Source: Acidobacteria bacterium RIFCSPLOWO2_02_FULL_65_29 (GTDB taxonomy: Bacteria; Acidobacteriota; Vicinamibacteria; Vicinamibacterales; CAVVIG01). From it: a stretch of 64,000 nt of DNA. The notes under the pieces were generated by a model. The model ran no database searches, was not told the DNA's origin, and saw only the letters and a list, made by a program, of their open reading frames with translations. The stretch spans positions 36,299 to 100,298 of the forward strand of contig MEKT01000174.1 of NCBI GenBank assembly GCA_001767435.1, read 5' to 3'. The position numbers were made by a program, and so were the translations under genes. Shown one piece after another: positions 58,005 to 64,000 of this stretch (position 1 is the stretch's first letter; each line of letters opens with the position of its first letter).

Positions 58005-59858
58005 TTGATGAAAAAAGCGTTCCTCACCCTGGTCATTCTCGGCGCGTTCGGCGGCGGCGGCTACGCGTACTACAACTACCGCAAGACGCCGCCGGCGCCG
58101 ACCGTGATGACCGCGGTCGTCACCCGCGGCGACATCGCCGACACGGTCGGCGCTACCGGGACCCTGCAAGCGGTCACGACGGTGCAGGTCGGCACCCAGG
58201 TGTCGGGCATCGTGCAGGACCTGTACGCAGACTTCAATACCCTCGTGAAGAAGGGGCAGATTATCGCGCGTCTCGACCCCTCGGTGATCCAGACGCAGAT
58301 CGAGCAGGCACGCGCGAACCTGCTTCGCGCCCAGGCCGACGTCGAACGCCTGCGGGTCACCGCCGACGATGCGAGGAACAAGCTGAAGCGGGCGCAGGAA
58401 CTGTCGGCGAGGAGTCTGATTCCGGCCACCGAGCTCGAGACCGCACAGGTGAACGTCCGGTCCGCCGAGGCGCAGATCAAATCGGCCGAAGCCTCGGTCG
58501 TCCAGTCGCAGGCGTCGCTCAAGCAAAACGAGGTCAACCTCGAGCACACCGTCATCACCGCGCCCATCGACGGGCTCGTCATCTCGCGCAACGTGGATCG
58601 CGGGCAGACGGTGGCGGCGAGCATGCAGGCGCCCACGTTGTTCGTCCTCGCGGCGGACCTGACGAAGATGCAGGTGGTGGCCAACCTCGACGAATCCGAC
58701 GTCGGGCGCATCCGCCCGCGCCAGCACGTGACCTTCCGCGTCGACGCCTACCCCGCCGAGGATTTCACGGGAATCGTCACCCAGGTGCGGCTTCAGCCCA
58801 TCATGCAGCAGAACGTCGTGACCTACGCGACGGTCATCGAAGTGCCAAACCCGCAGTTGAAGCTCAAGCCGGGCATGACCGCGAACGTCAACATCGAGAT
58901 CGCGCGACGCAACGACGTCGTCCGCGTGCCGAACGCCGCGCTCAGGTTCCGGCCGACGAACGAAATCTTCGCGGCCCTTGGACAGGCACCGCCCGAGACC
59001 CCGCCGCGCGATCCAGCCGGGCGCGGACGCGGCGACGGCGCCGCCCCGGTACCGAACGGCAATCCGTCGACGGCGAATCGCCCCGCGGAACCCAGACTTC
59101 CCTCGAGCACGGCGCTCTCCGCGAGCGGTTCGACGCCGCCCGCGAGGAGCGGAGCGGCCGGCAACCGGCCTGCAGCCGACGAGCGCGCGGAGACGGCGCC
59201 AACGCCGGCGGCCCAGTTTCCAGTGCTCTCGAATCCACAAGGTGCAGTCACCGAAGGCGAAGCTCCGACGTCTTCGGATCGAGCAAGCCGCAACGGTTCA
59301 GCGCGTGGCGGATCTGGCGGCGACACGGCAGAAGGCGGCGCGTTTGGTGGCAACGGTCGAGGCCGCGGCGGACGCCAGGCCCTGTCGCCCGAGGAACGCG
59401 AGCAGATGCTGCAACGGATGCGCGCGCGCGGATTCGATCCGTCGGCGGCCGGCGCAAACGGCGCCACTCGAGGCGGTGGCCGCGCGAACGGGCAGCCGGC
59501 CCAGCCCCAGGCCACGCCTCTTGCCGACCGCGCGACCGGCGCCACCACGATCGACGCGCTATTCGGTCCGCTGCCCGTCACCGAGACGCGCGGCCGCGTC
59601 TGGCTCTACGTGGACAAGCGGATCAAGCCCGTCCAGCTCCGCCTCGGCATCTCGGATGGACAGGCGACAGAACTGATCGAGGGCGATCTCGAGCCGGGCA
59701 CGGAAGTCGTCACCAACGTCACGACCGGCACCGAGACGCGGCCGACGCCCCAGGGCGCTTTCCCGTTCCTGGGCCAGCCGGGCCGCGGCGGGTTCCCCGG
59801 TGGACAGGGCGGCGGCAATCGCGGCGTCGCGGGCGGCAACGGACGAGGAGGGCGATAA
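58005..59858 (+). CDS. MacA-like periplasmic adaptor (HlyD family) carrying a ~190-aa low-complexity insertion
   Basis: ORF 58005..59858, with VTRGDIADTVGATGTLQAVTTVQVGTQVSGIV...GQIIARLD, a coiled-coil, ITAPIDGLVISRNVD, and the beta-barrel VVTYATVIEVPNPQLKLKPGMTANV. The insertion (aa ~325-515) precedes the distal domain. Confidence 0.85.
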   Translation: MMKKAFLTLVILGAFGGGGYAYYNYRKTPPAPTVMTAVVTRGDIADTVGATGTLQAVTTVQVGTQVSGIVQDLYADFNTLVKKGQIIARLDPSVIQTQIEQARANLLRAQADVERLRVTADDARNKLKRAQELSARSLIPATELETAQVNVRSAEAQIKSAEASVVQSQASLKQNEVNLEHTVITAPIDGLVISRNVDRGQTVAASMQAPTLFVLAADLTKMQVVANLDESDVGRIRPRQHVTFRVDAYPAEDFTGIVTQVRLQPIMQQNVVTYATVIEVPNPQLKLKPGMTANVNIEIARRNDVVRVPNAALRFRPTNEIFAALGQAPPETPPRDPAGRGRGDGAAPVPNGNPSTANRPAEPRLPSSTALSASGSTPPARSGAAGNRPAADERAETAPTPAAQFPVLSNPQGAVTEGEAPTSSDRASRNGSARGGSGGDTAEGGAFGGNGRGRGGRQALSPEEREQMLQRMRARGFDPSAAGANGATRGGGRANGQPAQPQATPLADRATGATTIDALFGPLPVTETRGRVWLYVDKRIKPVQLRLGISDGQATELIEGDLEPGTEVVTNVTTGTETRPTPQGAFPFLGQPGRGGFPGGQGGGNRGVAGGNGRGGR

Positions 59859-59861
59859 CCC

Positions 59862-61079
59862 ATGTCTCCCGTCATGACGTTCCGGATCGCGTTCAAGGCG
59901 CTTGGGCGTAACAAGATGCGCACCGCGCTCACGATGCTCGGCATGATCATCGGCGTCTCGGCCGTGATCACGCTCGTCGCCATGGGCCACGGCGCGACGT
60001 CGGTGATCGAAGACCAGATCAAGGGCGCCGGCACGAACATGATTACCGTGAACGCCGGCAACTTCACGCAAGGCGGCGCGCGCGGCGGATCGGGCTCGGC
60101 GACGTCGCTCACGGTTGAGGACGCCGACGCGATCCGGGAGGAAGTACCCGGCGTGCAGTACCTGTCGGCCGGCGTCCAGAATCGCTATCAGGTCGTCGCC
60201 GGCAATCAGAACTGGTTCACCCGCATCCAAGGGACCGACGTCGATCTTCCGCTCATTCGCGCCTGGCCGACGCGCACGGGTACCTTCTTCAGCCCGCAGG
60301 ACGTCACCAGTGCGGCGAAGGTCGCGGTGCTCGGCAATACCGTGAACACACAGCTGTTCGGCGAGGGCGAAGACCCCGTCGGCCAGATCGTCCGCATCCG
60401 CAATCAGCCGTTCCGCGTGATCGGCGTGCTCGCGTCCAAGGGCCAGGGCATGGGCGAGGACAACGACGACCAGGTCCTCGTGCCCTACACGACGCTGCAG
60501 AAGAAGCTGATGGGGACGACCCATCTCCAGAACATCACGATTTCGGCGGCCTCGGCCACCGAGACGTCGAAGACGGCCGATGCGATTGCGGTGCTGCTCA
60601 GGAGCCGCCACCAGATCGTGCCCGGCCAAGACGACGATTTCATGGTCCGCACCCAGGAGGAAATGGCGGACCTGCGCACGCAGGCCATGGGCACCATGAC
60701 GACGCTTCTGGCCGGCATCGCCGGCGTGTCGCTCATCGTCGGCGGGATCGGCATCATGAACATCATGCTCGTGTCGGTGACGGAGCGGACGCGTGAGATT
60801 GGGCTGCGCATGGCGATCGGCGCCAAGGGACGGGACGTGCTCCTGCAGTTCCTCGTCGAGGCCATCTCGCTCAGTCTGCTCGGCGGCGGCGTCGGCATCG
60901 CGCTCGGCTTCGGCATCGCCGAGGGCATGTCCCGCTGGATGTCGTGGCCGGCCGAGGTGCCGCCCGACGCGGTCTTCATGGCCTTTGGTTTTGCCGCGGC
61001 GACGGGAATCTTCTTCGGCTTCTATCCGGCGCAGAAAGCCGCACGTCTGGATCCGATCGACGCCCTGCGGTTTGAATAG
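59862..61079 (+). CDS. MacB-type ABC transporter permease (MacB periplasmic core domain + FtsX-like TM domain)
   Basis: ORF 59862..61079, with FRIAFKALGRNKMRTALTMLGMIIGVSAV and the C-terminal GGIGIMNIMLVSVTERTREIGLRMAIGA...PAQKAARLDPIDALRFE. Confidence 0.9.
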   Translation: MSPVMTFRIAFKALGRNKMRTALTMLGMIIGVSAVITLVAMGHGATSVIEDQIKGAGTNMITVNAGNFTQGGARGGSGSATSLTVEDADAIREEVPGVQYLSAGVQNRYQVVAGNQNWFTRIQGTDVDLPLIRAWPTRTGTFFSPQDVTSAAKVAVLGNTVNTQLFGEGEDPVGQIVRIRNQPFRVIGVLASKGQGMGEDNDDQVLVPYTTLQKKLMGTTHLQNITISAASATETSKTADAIAVLLRSRHQIVPGQDDDFMVRTQEEMADLRTQAMGTMTTLLAGIAGVSLIVGGIGIMNIMLVSVTERTREIGLRMAIGAKGRDVLLQFLVEAISLSLLGGGVGIALGFGIAEGMSRWMSWPAEVPPDAVFMAFGFAAATGIFFGFYPAQKAARLDPIDALRFE

Positions 61080-61088
61080 TGAATGAAT

Positions 61089-61168
61089 CATCTGGTCATT
61101 GGGTCATCCGGTCGGTGATTGAGCACAATCCAACGCAATCAGCGACTCGATGACACGATGACCCGATT
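61089..61168. repeat. inverted arrays of octamers CATNNGGT x3 / ACNCGATG x3
   Basis: CATCTGGT CATTGGGT CATCCGGT (61089-61112) faces ACTCGATG ACACGATG ACCCGATT (61145-61168). Located in the spacer between the MacB permease and its ATPase. Confidence 0.85.
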
Positions 61169-61180
61169 CGTCTGGACAGC

Positions 61181-61942
<762 letters not shown>

Positions 61943-62047
61943 TAGGCTGAGCCCGTCTAAGCCGTTGACGCGTGTGGGAGTTACGCTCGAGTGCCACGGC
62001 GCGAGAGCCTCAGCGAGCGGGGGTGGGGCCCCGCGAGCATCGAAATA

Positions 62048-62608
62048 ATGACATCGGCTGTGGCGACGTTGACCGGCGAGGCCATTGAAACCCGGGCGGG
62101 GCGGAGTACCGATGTGGCGCTGGCCGCCGCTGGAGACGGATCCGCCTTCGAGCGGATCTATCGAGCCCACGTCGCCAGGATTCACAGCCTGACCCGCCGG
62201 ATGCTGGGCACCGATATGGCCGACGAAGTCACCCAGGATATTTTCGTCCGGGCATGGCTGAAGCTGGGCACGTTCCGTGGCGAGTCGGCATTCAGCACCT
62301 GGCTGCACCGCCTGGCGATCAACATCGTGATCGAGCGCCGTCGTTCGCTTGCCCTGTGCCGCGAGCGGACGATCGACGACCCGACCGTACTGGAACTGGC
62401 CACGGTCCCGGCGGCGCGAGCAGATCTTCGAGTCGATGTCGAGCACGCCATCGAACAGCTGCCGCCCGGCGCGCGCGAGGTGTTCGTGCTGCACGACGTC
62501 GAAGGCTACAAGCACCGCGAGATCGCGGAGATGCTGGAGGTTGCGACCGGCACGTCCAAGCGGCAGCTGCACCGCGCGCGGCTGTTGTTACGAGAGCAGT
62601 TGGGGTGA
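62048..62608 (+). CDS. ECF-type RNA polymerase sigma factor
   Basis: ORF 61991..62608 trimmed to ATG 62048. Region 2 is ARIHSLTRRMLGTDMADEVTQDIFVRAWLKLGTFRGESAFSTWLHRLAINIVIE and region 4 is VFVLHDVEGYKHREIAEMLEVATGTSKRQLHRAR. Confidence 0.85.
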   Translation: MTSAVATLTGEAIETRAGRSTDVALAAAGDGSAFERIYRAHVARIHSLTRRMLGTDMADEVTQDIFVRAWLKLGTFRGESAFSTWLHRLAINIVIERRRSLALCRERTIDDPTVLELATVPAARADLRVDVEHAIEQLPPGAREVFVLHDVEGYKHREIAEMLEVATGTSKRQLHRARLLLREQLG

Positions 62609-62611
62609 TGC

Positions 62612-63280
62612 ATGAGCAGGCATGAACCGTGGGTCGATCAGCTCTCGGACTTTCTCGACGACGAGCTGCCCGACGATGAGCGGGCGGCCGTTGAATCGCA
62701 TCTGGCGTTGTGCGCCGAGTGCACGGCCACGCTCGCCGCGCTGCGACGCGTCGTCGCGGGTGCCTCTTCGCTCGCCTCGCGCGCGCCCGAGCGCGACCTC
62801 TGGCCGGGTATCGCCCTGCGCATGACCGGGCCCGCGCGGCGGGTGTCGTTCACGCTGCCCCAATTGGCGGCGGCGAGCCTGCTGCTGGCGACGCTGTCGG
62901 GCGGCGCGGTCGCGCTCTTCCTGTCCGCACGTGACCAGAATCCGGGAGCGAACGCGGCGGTGCCCGCGGTGGACATCGTCCAGCCGGTCGAATCGAGTCT
63001 CGACGGTCTCGCACTGGCCGTGAGCGTTGCCGACGCGCAGTACGACGCGGCGGTGGCCGACCTCGAGCGGGCGCTCGAAGGCGGGCGCGGACGTCTCGAC
63101 GAGATCACGGTTTCGGTGGTCGAGCAGAACCTGTCGATCATCGATCGCGCCATCGCGGAAGCGCGCAGCGCCCTCGCCGCCGATCCGTCGAACGGCTACC
63201 TGAGCGGGCACCTGCTAGAGGCGCGGCGACGGAAGCTCGACTTGCTGCGGCGGGCCGCGGCGCTCACCGAGGCGAACTAG
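62612..63280 (+). CDS. putative anti-sigma factor (zf-HC2), single TM
   Basis: ORF 62612..63280, starting 4 nt after the sigma stop. It has HLALCAECTATL (H-x3-C-x2-C) and a TM segment (LAAASLLLATLSGGAVALFL). Confidence 0.7.
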   Translation: MSRHEPWVDQLSDFLDDELPDDERAAVESHLALCAECTATLAALRRVVAGASSLASRAPERDLWPGIALRMTGPARRVSFTLPQLAAASLLLATLSGGAVALFLSARDQNPGANAAVPAVDIVQPVESSLDGLALAVSVADAQYDAAVADLERALEGGRGRLDEITVSVVEQNLSIIDRAIAEARSALAADPSNGYLSGHLLEARRRKLDLLRRAAALTEAN

Positions 63281-63289
63281 AGGATCCAG

Positions 63290-64000
63290 ATGGTGGCATA
63301 CGTACTTGCGGCGGCGCTGGCGCTGGCAGTCCAGACCGATCAGACGGTCGCCGTCCAGAAGGGCACGCGGCTCGACATCAGCAACTTCGCCGGCGAAGTG
63401 GTCATTCGAACGTGGGACCGCGACGCTGTGCGGGTCGAGGCCGAGCACTCGGAGCGGGAAACCGTGGAGATCCGCCCTGGCGCCCAGCGGCTGGTCATTC
63501 GCGGGCGGTCTCGCTCGGGCAACGCCCGCTCGCTCGACTACACGCTCTCGGTGCCCAGGTGGATGTCCATCACGGTGACTGGCACGTACAACGACGTGAC
63601 GATGGAGGGTGTGGGAGGCGACGTCAGCGTCGAAACCACGCGCGGGGAGATCGACGTCAGCGGCGGCAACGGATTCATTTCCCTGAAATCGGTGCAGGGC
63701 GACATCTCGCTGAGGAACGCGAAGGGCCGCATCGACATCTCGAACGTCAACGAGAGCATCCAGTTGGCGGACGTCAGCGGCGACGTGACGGCCGGCACGA
63801 CCAACGGCGATATCTTCCTCGATCGGATTGAATCGGCCAACGTCGACGTCTACACCGTGAACGGCGACATCTCCTACGACGGCTCGATTCGGGACAACGG
63901 CGCGTACCGGATCACGACGCACAACGGCACGATCGGCGTTGCCGTGCCAGACAAGGCGAACGCGACGCTGAGCGTGCGCACGTATGGCGGCAGCTTCAGG
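63290..64000 (+). CDS. DUF4097-like beta-repeat protein (putative adhesin fold); C-terminus runs off the right edge
   Basis: Absent from the ORF track because there is no stop in the window. My translation from ATG 63290 begins MVAYVLAAALALAVQTDQTVAVQKGTRLDISNFAGEVVIRTWDRDAVRVEAEH. It continues with repeated G(D/N)(V/I)xV units (GGDVSVETTRGEIDVSGGNGFISLKSVQGDISLRNAKGRIDISN...). The frame is open to 64000. Confidence 0.7.
   Translation, partial: MVAYVLAAALALAVQTDQTVAVQKGTRLDISNFAGEVVIRTWDRDAVRVEAEHSERETVEIRPGAQRLVIRGRSRSGNARSLDYTLSVPRWMSITVTGTYNDVTMEGVGGDVSVETTRGEIDVSGGNGFISLKSVQGDISLRNAKGRIDISNVNESIQLADVSGDVTAGTTNGDIFLDRIESANVDVYTVNGDISYDGSIRDNGAYRITTHNGTIGVAVPDKANATLSVRTYGGSFR

Overview
GC-rich chromosomal segment (about two-thirds G+C by eye, not computed) from a Gram-negative bacterium. 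TolC, TonB, RND and NtrYX genes are present, and the style resembles Acidobacteriota, but that placement is an unverified inference. The window is densely coding and mostly housekeeping.

Gene content from left to right:
- nagZ (partial), divergent from a GHMP sugar kinase-polX-small ORF unit.
- A HEAT-like protein, rodZ and thiE, then a TPR protein.
- The classical ffh-rpsP-KH-rimM-trmD-rplS-rnhB operon (minus strand).
- ribD-ribE-ribBA and ftsY.
- A small accessory patch: a membrane-anchored degenerate beta-lactamase-like protein, a wHTH regulator with a membrane protein, and a vapBC-type toxin-antitoxin pair.
- A lipid/repair operon: TPR-like, RDD, pgpA, cinA, thpR, plsY, gpsA.
- A formimidoyltransferase, then UPF0104-nrdR-ntrY-ntrX.
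- purC with a small Fis-type HTH gene, followed by a consensus promoter + CIRCE + groES-groEL.
- tonB, a geranylgeranyl-reductase-like oxidoreductase, tatA, rnr and a glycerate kinase.
- ftsEX and pckA-gatB.
- An ECF sigma/anti-sigma pair followed by ispH.
- An 11-kb composite efflux locus: Spy/CpxP-like protein, TolC, MFP, RND pump, MacA-like adaptor, MacB-like permease, ABC ATPase.
- A second ECF sigma/anti-sigma pair with a DUF4097-like gene, which runs off the right edge.

No rRNA, tRNA, CRISPR array, transposase or integrase was recognised.

The least ordinary signal is non-coding. At least ten intergenic or intercistronic spacers carry locus-specific 7-14 nt words repeated in tandem, usually followed by the reverse-complement word in tandem, so each can fold into a long hairpin. 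There is also a dispersed palindrome family, GCRGGWCT-NN-AGWCCYGC, with six copies.

Other points worth a second look:
- Three or four -10-like hexamers sit exactly 7 nt from start codons, suggesting leaderless mRNAs.
- A 21-bp perfect palindrome spans both divergent start codons at the antitoxin gene.
- The glycerate kinase has a homology-supported N-terminus with no canonical start codon, and a CTG overlaps the upstream stop.
- Gly/Arg-rich low-complexity segments are shared by the efflux components.

Many long ORFs in the track are antisense or N-terminal-extension artefacts of the high GC content.
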